A stretch of DNA of 64,000 nucleotides from Candidatus Hermodarchaeota archaeon (GTDB lineage Archaea; Asgardarchaeota; Lokiarchaeia; Sigyniarchaeales; SOKP01): the NCBI GenBank assembly GCA_048885925.1, contig JBHLLG010000001.1, forward strand, positions 323,998-387,997, given 5' to 3'. Shown here piece by piece: positions 27,239 to 38,074 of this stretch. Positions within the stretch are counted from its first letter, which is position 1, and each line of letters begins with the position of its first letter. Both the position numbers and the translations under genes were made by a program. The notes under the pieces are model-generated. The model did not search any database, was not told the DNA's origin, and worked only from the letters and a program-made list of their open reading frames with translations.

Positions 27239-28489
27239 TTAAAGCCATCCTCTAAGGCGCATTGCATCGATCACACGCTCAAGAGCGATCATATAAGCAC
27301 CCATTCGATTATGGGTGTTAAATTTCTTAGTTTGTTCAACAGTGGAACGGTATGCTCTTGTCATTACTCGATCTAACGCTTCAAAAACTTCTTTTTCTGT
27401 CCAAAAATATCTATAATAACCTTGAACCATTTCAAAATAAGAAACAGTAACTCCTCCTGCATTACATAAAAAGTCAGGAATTACCTGAATTCCTTTCTCA
27501 AAAAGGATTTGGTCTGCATCTGGTGTAGTAGGTCCATTAGCAAGTTCGGCGACAATTTTGCATTTAATATTATTTGCATTTTCTTTAGTAATAACATTTT
27601 CTAGAGCAGCAGGAACAAGAATATCACATTCTAATTCTAACAAATCTTCATTAGTTATTTCTTTAGTCCCATCTAAACCAATGACTGATCTTGTTTTACT
27701 CTTATGATCTGCTGCTTTTTGAGCATTAAGTCCATTATTATTAAAGATGCCACCTCTTGAGTCTGAAACTGCGATAATGTTACAGTTAAAGTCAGTTTGT
27801 AAGATCTTTGCTGCCCAAGAGCCTGCATTTCCATAACCTTGAACTGCTACTCTTGCACCATTCAAATTTAATCCAATATCATTTGCTGCTTCTCTTATTG
27901 TATAGATACCACCTTGTGCTGTTGCTATGGATCTACCAGCACTACCACCTAATGGAAGTGGTTTTCCTGTGATAACAGAAGGAGCGTGATGACGCACTAT
28001 TTTTTCGTATTCATCTTGCATCCAAGCCATAATTTGAGGATTTGTATATACATCTGGGGCGGGAACATCAATATTTGGTCCAATAAAATCCGCAAGTTGT
28101 CGAATGTAGCTTCTGGCAAGTGTTTCAAGTTCTCTATTACTCATTTTCCTTGGATCACATATTATCCCTCCTTTTGCACCTCCTAAAGGAATATCAACAC
28201 AGGCTGTTTTCCATGTCATCCATGCAGATAAAGCTTTTACAAGTGAAGCACTTTCTTCCGGGTGCCATCTAATTCCTCCCTTCATAGGTCCACGTGCGGA
28301 ATTATACTGAGATCTAAAACCTTTAAAAGTTTTTATTGTTCCATTATCCATTTTCATGGTAATCTTGATTTCAATGAATCTTTCGGGCTCACTAAGTGCG
28401 GTATATGTATCATTGTCATAATTAGCTAACTGACAAGCATCATGAAGTTGTGTTTTTGCAATGTTAAATGGGTCCAAATTTTCACTCAT
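27239..28489 (-). CDS. gdhA: Glutamate dehydrogenase
   Basis: GPMKGGIRWHP, MTWK, GGAKGG, DVPAPD, QGYGNAG, NAGGVTVSYFE. Confidence 0.95.
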   Translation of the reverse strand: MSENLDPFNIAKTQLHDACQLANYDNDTYTALSEPERFIEIKITMKMDNGTIKTFKGFRSQYNSARGPMKGGIRWHPEESASLVKALSAWMTWKTACVDIPLGGAKGGIICDPRKMSNRELETLARSYIRQLADFIGPNIDVPAPDVYTNPQIMAWMQDEYEKIVRHHAPSVITGKPLPLGGSAGRSIATAQGGIYTIREAANDIGLNLNGARVAVQGYGNAGSWAAKILQTDFNCNIIAVSDSRGGIFNNNGLNAQKAADHKSKTRSVIGLDGTKEITNEDLLELECDILVPAALENVITKENANNIKCKIVAELANGPTTPDADQILFEKGIQVIPDFLCNAGGVTVSYFEMVQGYYRYFWTEKEVFEALDRVMTRAYRSTVEQTKKFNTHNRMGAYMIALERVIDAMRLRGWL

Positions 28490-28695
28490 TTTACTCTTAC
28501 ACCTTTATATTCTGCTTTTCTCTTTAAAAAAATGAATTTTTTTCAATTTCAATAACAATAGAAATATATTTTCTGAAGAGATTTTAAACTTCTTTTTATT
28601 TAAAATGAATAATACTTAATTAAATAGAATAATAAAAATAAAAGTTTGCGTGGGAAAGATCTGGGAATTTTTGAGTAATTTCAAAAAAGAGATTT

Positions 28696-31428
28696 TTAGG
28701 TAGTAATGAGACCAAATTTATTTTTTAAATATTCGTGAATAGCTTTTGCTGCTTGTTTTCCTGCCCCCATTGCAGAAATCACCGTAGCAGAACCTGAAAC
28801 AATATCACCCCCCGCATAAATTCCTTCTATATTAGTCCTGCTATTTTCATCAGTTTCAATATACCCCCATTTAGTTAGTTTTAAATCAGGAAGCGATTTA
28901 GTCAAAATTGGATTAGCATTAGTGCCAATACCTAGTATAACAGTATCAGTTTCAATTAAGAATTCTGATCCCTCAATTTCAATTGGTTTACGCCTTCCAG
29001 ATTCATCTGGTTCACCTAAACGCATTTTAATCGCTTGAATTTGTTTTACATTATCATTTTCATCTCCTATAAATCTTAAAGGACTAGTTAAAAATTGAAA
29101 TTCAATACCTTCTTCTGCGGCATGATGATATTCTTCTCTTCTTGCAGGCATTTCTAATTCTGATCTTCTATAAACAACTATTACTCTTTTTGCACCTAAT
29201 CGTTTCGCAACCCTAGAAGCATCAAGAGCAGTATTTCCACCTCCTATAATAGTTACTATTTCACCCACTCTAATTGGTGTATCATATTCGGGGAATTTAT
29301 ACGCTTTCATTAAATTGGCTCTAGTAAGGAACTCATTTGCAGTTAAGACACCATTTAAATTCAATCCAGGAATTTTAGGAAACATAGGAAGCCCAGCTCC
29401 TACTCCAATGAAAAAAGCTTTGTATCCCATATCCTTTAAATCTTGGATGGTTAATGTTTTACCAATTATTGTATTATATTGAACTTTAACATTAATCATT
29501 TTTAATGTTTCAATTTCATCGTTAACAATTTCTTTAGGCAATCTGAATTCAGGAATACCATAGGTTAATACACCACCTCCCGCATGAAAAGCTTCAAAAA
29601 TAGTGACATCATAGCCCATTCTGGCAAGTTCTCCAGCACATGTCAATCCTGCCGGACCCGCACCTATAACTGCAACTTTAAGATTATTTGGAGGTTTACA
29701 TTCAGGGCATTCTTTTAATTGGTTTTCCCTTTCCCAATCAGCTATAAATCTTTCTAAATATCCAATTGCAATTGGTTCTTCCAAATAATTCAGTAAACAA
29801 GCTTTCTCACATTGAGTTTCTTGAGGGCATACTCTTCCACATATAGCAGGTAATAAATTATAGTCTTTCATAACTCTAAGAGCTTCAATGAATTTCTCTT
29901 CTCTAAGTAATCTTACAAATTGTGGTATATCTATATTTACGGGACATCCTAAAACACATTGTGGCATACCACATTGTAAACACCTCTTGGATTCCAATTT
30001 CACCATATCTAAAGTTAATCCTTTAGGAACTTCTTGAAAATTTGTAACTCTTACTTTTGGTTCCTGTTCTATCATTTTTGGTCTCTGTATCTCCTTGTAA
30101 ATCTTTTGCTTTGAATTACTAACTCTACATAATATCCTAAAACTGTTGCTTTCCTCTTCTATATCTTTTTTTTTAATTAATTGAAGATCTAAAGCTTTTT
30201 GAAATAATTTAGCACCCATTTTAGTTCTAATTATTACTGTTGACCATCCAGGTTCGGATCCAATAGAACCTACAGCAATATCTGCTTGTTCTGAAGTAAG
30301 ATCATCACAAAAAAAGCATCCTAATCTACCATATGTTTTTAATTTTTTTACAGGTATTGTATAAATAGAATTATCTTTATGAAAAGCGTAAAATCGTCCT
30401 TTATCTATATCCATTTTTCTAATAACATTCGGAGATATCTGAAATTCAATTTTCAAAAGATTTTTTATTTGTTCATAATCAAATGATTCCATACAGAATA
30501 ATCCAATTTTTAATGAAATATTATCATAAAAAGGTCTATTAATTGGATAAAAAGATACTTTTTTCAGTGCTTCCATCATACATGGAGTACCAACTATAGC
30601 AATATTATTATAAAGTTTTGACCTATGTAATAATTTTAAAGAAGGGGCATTAGTATATTTTGTACCTGCAGTTCTTAATAATTCATTTTCGTGATCAATC
30701 AAAACTGGTAAAGGTTTGTGAGGTTCATCTGATACACTTACTGCTAAAGCAGCGTTTATCATTTTTTCTTGAAAGGCTGTTTTAAGTAAGGTAGTTACAA
30801 TCCCACCATCTTGAGCCATGCTCTTTATACTGTCATCATTGGTCTGTGCAGAATATATATTATAATAATGGTTTAATTCGTCTATATTCTTAATACTTGC
30901 TTCATTATTCTCCTGATATTGCTTTAGAATCTTAGGAAAAAAAGATCTTGGACAACATGTAAAACATAGACCACAATGGAAACAAAGATCTTCATTAATT
31001 TCAAATGTATGACTTGTATAATTAATCGCATGCACAGGACATATAGAATCACACAAACCACAGCCACAGCATATCTTGCTATCTGTAATTATTGAAACAT
31101 TGGGAAATAAGCCTTTATTTTCATTAAATTCTATAGCCTTATAAAAAAATCTTGATTTTTCACCTAAAAATTCTAATGAACCTAATTCTCTTAAATATTC
31201 AATATTGTAAATTAGATTTTTTTCAGGAATTTCTAATTCTTCTTTCAATTTCTGAAGATCTAAAGAACCAATATCTTTTATTTTTCTTAAGATAATTTGT
31301 CTTTCCTTTTCGGCATCTATTAGGGAATTGATGAGGTTATTGTACTCAAGTTCATTGTATCTCCCTTGATGTAAAATTAAATCCTTATTTTTTTGTAAGA
31401 TTTTAGCTAAAGATGTTTGATCAATCAT
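28696..31428 (-). CDS. Fusion: wHTH-like + 2x[4Fe-4S] + F420-hydrogenase beta (FrhB) + NfnB/SudA (GltD-like) domain
   Basis: CCGCGLC..CP and CFHCGLC; AQDGGIVT, AGTKY, VGTPC, IGLFCME (FrhB); RCLQC..C..GCPV, ICGRVCPQE, IGAGPAG, YGIPEFRLP (NfnB). ATG 31428 is the likelier start than 31473. Confidence 0.88.
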   Translation of the reverse strand: MIDQTSLAKILQKNKDLILHQGRYNELEYNNLINSLIDAEKERQIILRKIKDIGSLDLQKLKEELEIPEKNLIYNIEYLRELGSLEFLGEKSRFFYKAIEFNENKGLFPNVSIITDSKICCGCGLCDSICPVHAINYTSHTFEINEDLCFHCGLCFTCCPRSFFPKILKQYQENNEASIKNIDELNHYYNIYSAQTNDDSIKSMAQDGGIVTTLLKTAFQEKMINAALAVSVSDEPHKPLPVLIDHENELLRTAGTKYTNAPSLKLLHRSKLYNNIAIVGTPCMMEALKKVSFYPINRPFYDNISLKIGLFCMESFDYEQIKNLLKIEFQISPNVIRKMDIDKGRFYAFHKDNSIYTIPVKKLKTYGRLGCFFCDDLTSEQADIAVGSIGSEPGWSTVIIRTKMGAKLFQKALDLQLIKKKDIEEESNSFRILCRVSNSKQKIYKEIQRPKMIEQEPKVRVTNFQEVPKGLTLDMVKLESKRCLQCGMPQCVLGCPVNIDIPQFVRLLREEKFIEALRVMKDYNLLPAICGRVCPQETQCEKACLLNYLEEPIAIGYLERFIADWERENQLKECPECKPPNNLKVAVIGAGPAGLTCAGELARMGYDVTIFEAFHAGGGVLTYGIPEFRLPKEIVNDEIETLKMINVKVQYNTIIGKTLTIQDLKDMGYKAFFIGVGAGLPMFPKIPGLNLNGVLTANEFLTRANLMKAYKFPEYDTPIRVGEIVTIIGGGNTALDASRVAKRLGAKRVIVVYRRSELEMPARREEYHHAAEEGIEFQFLTSPLRFIGDENDNVKQIQAIKMRLGEPDESGRRKPIEIEGSEFLIETDTVILGIGTNANPILTKSLPDLKLTKWGYIETDENSRTNIEGIYAGGDIVSGSATVISAMGAGKQAAKAIHEYLKNKFGLITT

Positions 31429-31429
31429 C

Positions 31430-32314
31430 TTAAGAAGATTCACCCTCCGATTCTTCAAATAATTTACATTCATGTTTATACTGTTCTAATGATTCTTTTT
31501 CTTGATCAAGAAACCTTTTAGAACGATTTAACAGGTTATTAAAATCTACAATGTGTCCATCTACGTCTGGACCATCAACACAGGCAAAAAGAATTTCTCC
31601 AGAATGAGTTGAAAATCGACATCCTCCACACATCCCTGTACCGTCAATCATTATAGTGTTTAGGGACACATAAGTCTGTATCTTTGGTAGTTCATTATTA
31701 CCATTTGTTAAAAGTGAGACGTTCTTCATCATCATTAATGGACCAATTGTAATAACTGCACTTAGTCTTTCATTTTTCAATAAATCTTGAAGAGGTTGAG
31801 TAACAAATCCCTTTATTCCTTCAGATCCATCATCAGTACAAACAATTAACCTATCACTAACTGCTTCCATTCTATCTTTCCAAAATAATAAATCTTTTGT
31901 TCGGGCACCAATAATTGATATAATTTTATTTCCTGCTTTTTTTAATTCTTTTGCTTGAGGATAGCATTCTGCAATTCCTACACCTCCACCAATAATAACA
32001 ACTGGATTTTCATATTTTTTAATATGAATTCTATTACCCAAAGGTCCAACAACATCTAAAATATTGTCACCTGCGTTTTGATTTGAAAGAAGTTTTGTAC
32101 TTTTTCCAACAACTTGAAAGACAATGGTTATTAATCCTTTTTCCGCATCATAATCTGCTATTGTCAGAGGGATTCTCTCTCCTTTTTCATTAACTCTGAT
32201 TAGTATAAAATTTCCGGCAAATGCTTTTTTAGCTATTAAAGGGGCATTTAACTCCATTTCAAATATTGTAGCGCTATTGTCAAGTTGGCTTTTTTTTAAA
32301 ATTTTATAAGGCAT
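31430..32314 (-). CDS. nfnA: NfnA/SudB ferredoxin-NADP reductase-like subunit
   Basis: GERIPLTIAD, GPLG, GGGVG, MIDGTGMCGGCR, FACVDGP. Confidence 0.9.
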   Translation of the reverse strand: MPYKILKKSQLDNSATIFEMELNAPLIAKKAFAGNFILIRVNEKGERIPLTIADYDAEKGLITIVFQVVGKSTKLLSNQNAGDNILDVVGPLGNRIHIKKYENPVVIIGGGVGIAECYPQAKELKKAGNKIISIIGARTKDLLFWKDRMEAVSDRLIVCTDDGSEGIKGFVTQPLQDLLKNERLSAVITIGPLMMMKNVSLLTNGNNELPKIQTYVSLNTIMIDGTGMCGGCRFSTHSGEILFACVDGPDVDGHIVDFNNLLNRSKRFLDQEKESLEQYKHECKLFEESEGESS

Positions 32315-32667
32315 TACAATTCAGCTTGATTTCAAAATTTAATCGTGATCTAATTTTAATTAACTTTTAATCTCTAATTGAAGGTATAATTTAATCTAAA
32401 AAAAATATTTTCTTATCTACACTAATTACGGGAATTATTTCCCTCTTTTAACGTATCCTCTGAAAATAATTCAATTAAAATCATTATTATTTGGGGGAGT
32501 TGCATTATTTATCCACTTAATAAATAACTTGAAGTAAAAAAAAAGTAAATGATTAAATGAAAAAGTTATTTTTCAAAAAAGGATTTTTAATATTAAGAAT
32601 AAGCTAATTTCAATAAATAAAATATAAGCAAACGGCATTTTTTATATAAGTCTTAAATTAACTAAAT

Positions 32668-34227
32668 ATGGATATTATAATTGTTTTAGATTTTGGTGGA
32701 CAATACGCACATTTGATAACTCGCCGTATAAGAGATCTTGGAGTATATGCTGAAATTCAACCCTATGATGTAAATCTTGAGAAGATTAAGAGAATTAAAC
32801 CAAAGGCAATTATTCTTTCTGGAGGGCCAGGCAGTGTGTATGAAAAAAATAGTCCCCAATTGACCAAACAATTTTTACAGTTTACAATTGAAAATAAAAT
32901 TCCTATTCTTGGTATTTGCTACGGACATCATTTAATTATGCACCTTCAGGGTGGTAAAATCGTATCTAAAGCAAAAAAAGAATATGGAAAAACTAATATC
33001 ATTATTTTAGAACCAGATTTAATATTTGATTCATTAGAGAAAGAAGAAACTGTTTGGATGTCTCATGGAGATCAAATAACTGAATTAGCTGAAGGATTTA
33101 AAATATATGCTAAAACTGAAACATGTCCAATTGCTGCATATGGAAATCAAGACAAATTGCTATTTGGAGTTCAATTCCACCCAGAAGTATCCAATACTCC
33201 AAAAGGTAATATCATACTTGAAAATTTTATCTATAAAATTGCTAATTGTAAAAAAAAGTGGGAATTAGAGGGATGGATTGATAAATCGATTGAAAAAATT
33301 AAAAAAGATATAGGTCCATATAATAAAGTTATTCTTGGTTTAAGTGGTGGCGTAGATTCTTCTGTAGCATCTGTTCTGCTTCATAGAGCAATAGGAGATA
33401 GATTACATTGTATTTTTGTAAATAATGGATTATTGAGAAAGAATGAGGAAATTGAAGTCCAAGAAACATTTAAAAGCAAGTTAAAATTTAAAAACTTCCA
33501 TTATGTTAATGCTGAAGAACTTTTTTTAGAAAGGCTTGAGGATGTTGAAGATCCCGAAGAAAAACGCCGAATAATTGGACACACATTTATAGAAGTCTTT
33601 GAAAGGAAAACTATTGAGCTTGGAAAAGCAAATCCAGATATAAAGTTTTTAGCACAAGGAACTATTTATCCAGATCGTGTAGAAACAAGTGTTACAAGTA
33701 AAGCTTCTGCAAAAATTAAATCACATCATAACTTAACTCTGCCAGATAATATGACACTAGAAATTATTGAACCTTTGAAAGATTTATACAAAGATGAAGT
33801 TAGAAAAATTGGAATGAGGTTGGGTGTTCCTAATGAAATTCTCACCCGACATCCTTTCCCTGGTCCTGGTTTAGCAGTTAGAATTATTGGACCAATTAAT
33901 AAAGATAAACTTGAGATATTACGTGAAGCGGATGAGATATTAATTGAAGAAATAAAGAAAGCAGAGATATACGAATATCTATGGCAAGCTTTTTGTGTGT
34001 TTTTACCACTAAAAACTGTTGGAATAATGGGGGATAATCGAACGTATGAATACATATGTTCTATTCGAGTGGTTGAATCTATAGATGCTATGACTGCTAA
34101 TTTTTCTAAATTGGATTGGGAACTTTTAGAAAAAATTGGTACTAGAATTATTAATGAAGTAAGGGGAATTAACCGTGTGGTTTATGATATATCAAATAAA
34201 CCCCCCAGTACAATAGAATATGAGTGA
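32668..34227 (+). CDS. guaA: GMP synthase (fused GATase and synthase domains)
   Basis: LGICYG, QFHPEV, SGGVDS, IKSHHN, HPFPGPGL, KPPSTIEYE. Confidence 0.96.
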   Translation: MDIIIVLDFGGQYAHLITRRIRDLGVYAEIQPYDVNLEKIKRIKPKAIILSGGPGSVYEKNSPQLTKQFLQFTIENKIPILGICYGHHLIMHLQGGKIVSKAKKEYGKTNIIILEPDLIFDSLEKEETVWMSHGDQITELAEGFKIYAKTETCPIAAYGNQDKLLFGVQFHPEVSNTPKGNIILENFIYKIANCKKKWELEGWIDKSIEKIKKDIGPYNKVILGLSGGVDSSVASVLLHRAIGDRLHCIFVNNGLLRKNEEIEVQETFKSKLKFKNFHYVNAEELFLERLEDVEDPEEKRRIIGHTFIEVFERKTIELGKANPDIKFLAQGTIYPDRVETSVTSKASAKIKSHHNLTLPDNMTLEIIEPLKDLYKDEVRKIGMRLGVPNEILTRHPFPGPGLAVRIIGPINKDKLEILREADEILIEEIKKAEIYEYLWQAFCVFLPLKTVGIMGDNRTYEYICSIRVVESIDAMTANFSKLDWELLEKIGTRIINEVRGINRVVYDISNKPPSTIEYE

Positions 34228-34319
34228 TTGGTTTGATATTCTAAAACAATTATTACTTTTTTTCTATTAAATTTTAATTGGTATATTAATTAGATCCTAT
34301 AAAATCTAATTTTTATGAA

Positions 34320-36119
34320 GTGATTATAATGACAAAAGAAGAAATTACTTGGGATCTGAGCAAATTATTTAGTGGTTTTAATGATCCGAAAATAGAAAAA
34401 ATAATAGAGAATTCAAAAACGCAAGTTGAACAATTTATCAAGGATTATAAAGGAAAGATAAAAGCTCCTGGATTTAATGCAAGCGATCTTCAAAAATTAT
34501 TCCAAAGGGAAGAAGAATTTGAAGCAAATTTAGATGAATTGCTCACATATGCTTATATCTTGTATGATTCAGATATGCAAATAATAGAACATGAAGCTTT
34601 GAAAAACAAGACTACAGAATTTCTTACGGATGTTCATAAAAAACTAACATTTTTAGAATTAGAAGTTGGGAAATTTGTTTTTGAGAATAAAGATTTACTT
34701 AATGATCCAGCATTACAAAATTATAGACATTATCTAGAGAAAATTGCTAGAGCTTATCCACACCTCCTCTCTGAAGTAGAAGAACAATTAATATTAGAAA
34801 AAGATCAGTATGGTATCATCCAATGGAGCCAACTGCAAGGAAAGTGGCTTAATACGCGCCAATTTCACGTTATGGCTGAAGGTGAGGAAAAAATTTTATC
34901 ATATGGAGAAGCCAATGCTTTATTAGAGCATCCAGATAGAGACACGAGAATTTCAGCTGAAAAATCTATATATAGTACTTTAGGGAAAGATGAATATATT
35001 TTTTCTACAGCATTACGGAATATTTGCAGTGATTGGATGAAAACTGTAGAAAGAAGAAATTATTATAATGCTATGCATCATAGTTTAATAGTTAATGATA
35101 CAGAACAAGAAATTATTGAAAGTTTAATGAAAACCATGGAAGAAAATGCTCATGTTTATCAAAGATACTTAAAGCTTAAAGCAAAGCTTTTGAAATTAGA
35201 AAGATTAAATTATGCAGATGTTCTTGCTCCGCTTCTTGAAATGCCAGATAAAAAATATTCCTGGGAGGAGTCAAAAAAATTAATATTGGAATCTTATAGA
35301 AATTTTGATAAACAATTTGAAGAAATCGCATTAGATATGTTTAAAAAGCATCATATCGATGCAACTATTAGAATGGGAAAAAGAAATGGAGCTTACTGTG
35401 CTTCCTGGTATAATGGTAAATCTGCGTTCATTTTAACAAACTTTAATGGTCAAATGGGTGATATTTATACCTTAACTCATGAACTTGGCCATGCTGTCCA
35501 CGATTATCTAGCTGCTGATAAACAAACATACCTAAATTTACATCCCGGATATACAACTTCCGAATGTGCTTCAATTTTTGGTGAATTACTAATGACTGAT
35601 TTACTGTTAGAAACTTCTGAGTCTGATAATATCAAAAAAGCTATATTAGCCCATGTTTTAGACGATGCAGGTATGGCTGCTTTTCAAGTTAGTGCTCGAT
35701 ACTGGTTTGAATGGAATATGTATAATGCACTGAAAAATAATGAATACTTAGACGGTCAAACTATATCTAAATATTGGATTGCTGGTAGAGATAAAATTTA
35801 TGGAGACTCGATTGATTTCTTTGATGAATTGAAATGGGAATGGACAATGAAATCACATTATTTCCGAGTTGGTTTTAGGTTTTATAATTATCCCTATGTT
35901 TATGCTCAACTTTTTGTATATGCTCTATATAACGTCTATAAAAGAGAAGGAAAAGTTTTTGTACTAAAGTTCAAAAAACTTCTCGCTAGTGGAGGTAGTG
36001 TTTCACCTAAAGAACTTGCTAATATCGTTGGATTAGATATAACCAAATCTGAGTTTTGGAAACTAGGAATTAAGCAATATGAGGATTTTGTAAACCAATT
36101 AGAAAAGTTAATGAGCTAA
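34320..36119 (+). CDS. pepF: Oligoendopeptidase F (M3B)
   Basis: WDLSKLF N-terminus, GKRNGAYC, HELGH zinc motif, FYNYPY. Confidence 0.9.
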   Translation: MIIMTKEEITWDLSKLFSGFNDPKIEKIIENSKTQVEQFIKDYKGKIKAPGFNASDLQKLFQREEEFEANLDELLTYAYILYDSDMQIIEHEALKNKTTEFLTDVHKKLTFLELEVGKFVFENKDLLNDPALQNYRHYLEKIARAYPHLLSEVEEQLILEKDQYGIIQWSQLQGKWLNTRQFHVMAEGEEKILSYGEANALLEHPDRDTRISAEKSIYSTLGKDEYIFSTALRNICSDWMKTVERRNYYNAMHHSLIVNDTEQEIIESLMKTMEENAHVYQRYLKLKAKLLKLERLNYADVLAPLLEMPDKKYSWEESKKLILESYRNFDKQFEEIALDMFKKHHIDATIRMGKRNGAYCASWYNGKSAFILTNFNGQMGDIYTLTHELGHAVHDYLAADKQTYLNLHPGYTTSECASIFGELLMTDLLLETSESDNIKKAILAHVLDDAGMAAFQVSARYWFEWNMYNALKNNEYLDGQTISKYWIAGRDKIYGDSIDFFDELKWEWTMKSHYFRVGFRFYNYPYVYAQLFVYALYNVYKREGKVFVLKFKKLLASGGSVSPKELANIVGLDITKSEFWKLGIKQYEDFVNQLEKLMS

Positions 36120-36180
36120 TTAACGCTTTCTTTCTCTAAATTTAATAACATATATTTTTATTTTATAATGCAAAAAAATA

Positions 36181-37827
36181 CTAATAATTCCCAAATTGGA
36201 TTTCTTTCTTTACTAACTCAAAATCAAGCGATTCTTGAGACTCAATCCCTAAATTCCACTTTTCACATACATCTTTTGCTCTTTGAGAAATAGATGCAAT
36301 ATCTAGACGATCAATTAAGTTCATTTTAAATTTCCTTACTCCCGCAAATAATTGTTTTAACCCAACACCTAATTTGCTGGAAATGTATGTATATAATCCA
36401 ACCGCTGATGGAGGGATTCTTTTTCGATTATAATTTCTCTTTAAGTTATCATATTCAACAAAAGCTTCATTAAGCGTTAGTTTTTCTGGATCTTTTTCTC
36501 TTGGAAATCCTAAATTCTTAAGTATTGCAGGTGTTGCTTGTTTCTTTTCAATAACCTTCCCAATATAATTTGCTTTCATTGCAGCTGTGATAGGAGCTCT
36601 CGCCATGGCTATACATGTAATATAGGGCGCTCCCATAGCAAGAGCTTTAAATATTTGAGTCTCATTAGCAAATCCCCCCGCAATAGCTATGGTTGGAAGC
36701 GTGACGTTGTGATTTCTTTCTTTTATCATATCTAGACATCCAACTACCAGCGCCTCTAAATAAGCAGGGGGAATTGAGCCTTCATTCATCATACTTACAG
36801 GACTCATACCTGTCCCTCCTCCTGCACCATCAAAAGTTATTCCATCTACTTTTCCTTCAACACCAATTCGTAAAATCCAAGCTGTTGATGATGGTCTATA
36901 TGCTCCCGTTTTTATAAAAATGTTTTTTGCTCCACTTGAACGTATTTGATCAAATTCTTCTAATACATCTTCCGTAGTATATAATCCTACTCTACTATGC
37001 CTCTCAAAATCAGGGATTAATCCTTCTTTCCATTGTTCAATAATTATAGGATCAGTAGGATCTGGAAAAACCAAATATCCTCGACTCTGCAATAATTGCG
37101 CTCTTTCTAAAGACTTTAATCTTACTTCACCTCCTATTGCCTTTGCTCCTTGGCCAAATTTAATTTCAAGCGAATTAACATCTAATTTTGACATAACATA
37201 ATTAAATACTCCTAATCTTGTGTCCTCAACATTTTTCTGTACGATTATATCCCCATATTCTCCATCCCAAAATTCCCTGTAAGTTTCAATCCGAAATTTC
37301 ATATCTTCAGTATCAATAACTTGAGGGTATATGGCATGATTAGAAAATTGAGCCTTAGCATCCATTCCTACAACATTTTCTCCAACCGTAATGCTCACTC
37401 CAGCTAAAGCAGCCCCTATTGCTAAACCTTCCCAATTATGTTTTGCTACGCAAGTACTTCCCAATCCTGCTATAACAATTGGATATTTTTGTTTAATCTT
37501 TCCCCAATTTGTTGTTAAATCAACATTGGGAAAGATCACCTTATCCTCATCTGCTTCAATCCCTTGAACTCCTCGAACTTCAAACTGAATTTGAAAATCA
37601 TTATATGAAAATCCAAAATTTTTTGGAGATCCCGCTGTTGAGTTACCAAAATACTCCCTACGAGGATATAATACCTCGCGCCCTCTTAAAGCCGATTTCG
37701 AAACCTCACAGAACACGGGGCAATCTGCAATACAAATTGGACATAATCCACTCTCACATGAACTTTCTACTCTCGTTTTTGTCCCAATCATACTTGATTG
37801 AGGAGTATTTATCGAGAATTTTGTCAT
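36181..37827 (-). CDS. FMN-binding glutamate synthase family protein (archaeal stand-alone domain)
   Basis: EIKFGQGAKAIGGE, DGAGGGTGMSP, IFKALAMGA; N-terminal Cys cluster. Confidence 0.88.
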   Translation of the reverse strand: MTKFSINTPQSSMIGTKTRVESSCESGLCPICIADCPVFCEVSKSALRGREVLYPRREYFGNSTAGSPKNFGFSYNDFQIQFEVRGVQGIEADEDKVIFPNVDLTTNWGKIKQKYPIVIAGLGSTCVAKHNWEGLAIGAALAGVSITVGENVVGMDAKAQFSNHAIYPQVIDTEDMKFRIETYREFWDGEYGDIIVQKNVEDTRLGVFNYVMSKLDVNSLEIKFGQGAKAIGGEVRLKSLERAQLLQSRGYLVFPDPTDPIIIEQWKEGLIPDFERHSRVGLYTTEDVLEEFDQIRSSGAKNIFIKTGAYRPSSTAWILRIGVEGKVDGITFDGAGGGTGMSPVSMMNEGSIPPAYLEALVVGCLDMIKERNHNVTLPTIAIAGGFANETQIFKALAMGAPYITCIAMARAPITAAMKANYIGKVIEKKQATPAILKNLGFPREKDPEKLTLNEAFVEYDNLKRNYNRKRIPPSAVGLYTYISSKLGVGLKQLFAGVRKFKMNLIDRLDIASISQRAKDVCEKWNLGIESQESLDFELVKKEIQFGNY

Positions 37828-37852
37828 TTTTATGATTAATTCCTTTTACTTT

Positions 37853-38074
37853 TTATTTAGCTTCATATTTTCGAGGTTTTCTGTTATAATAAATTATTAA
37901 TTTCTCAGGCATGGTTTTTTTAATTCTTTTTACAACTTTCAATAAACCATTGGGACTGGCATAACCCATTGCTATTGACCACTCTCCTAGTGAAGCAGTT
38001 CCAATCTCCTTCAATTTTTCGAGACATATTTCCTCATAAGTACGGAATTCTTTTCGCAAAATCATGATATTCAC
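37853..38074 (-). CDS. Small winged-HTH-like protein upstream of the glutamate synthase gene
   Basis: Helix-turn-helix-like pattern ending PRKYEA; 25 nt upstream of the next gene on the same strand. Confidence 0.6.
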   Translation of the reverse strand: MNIMILRKEFRTYEEICLEKLKEIGTASLGEWSIAMGYASPNGLLKVVKRIKKTMPEKLIIYYNRKPRKYEAK

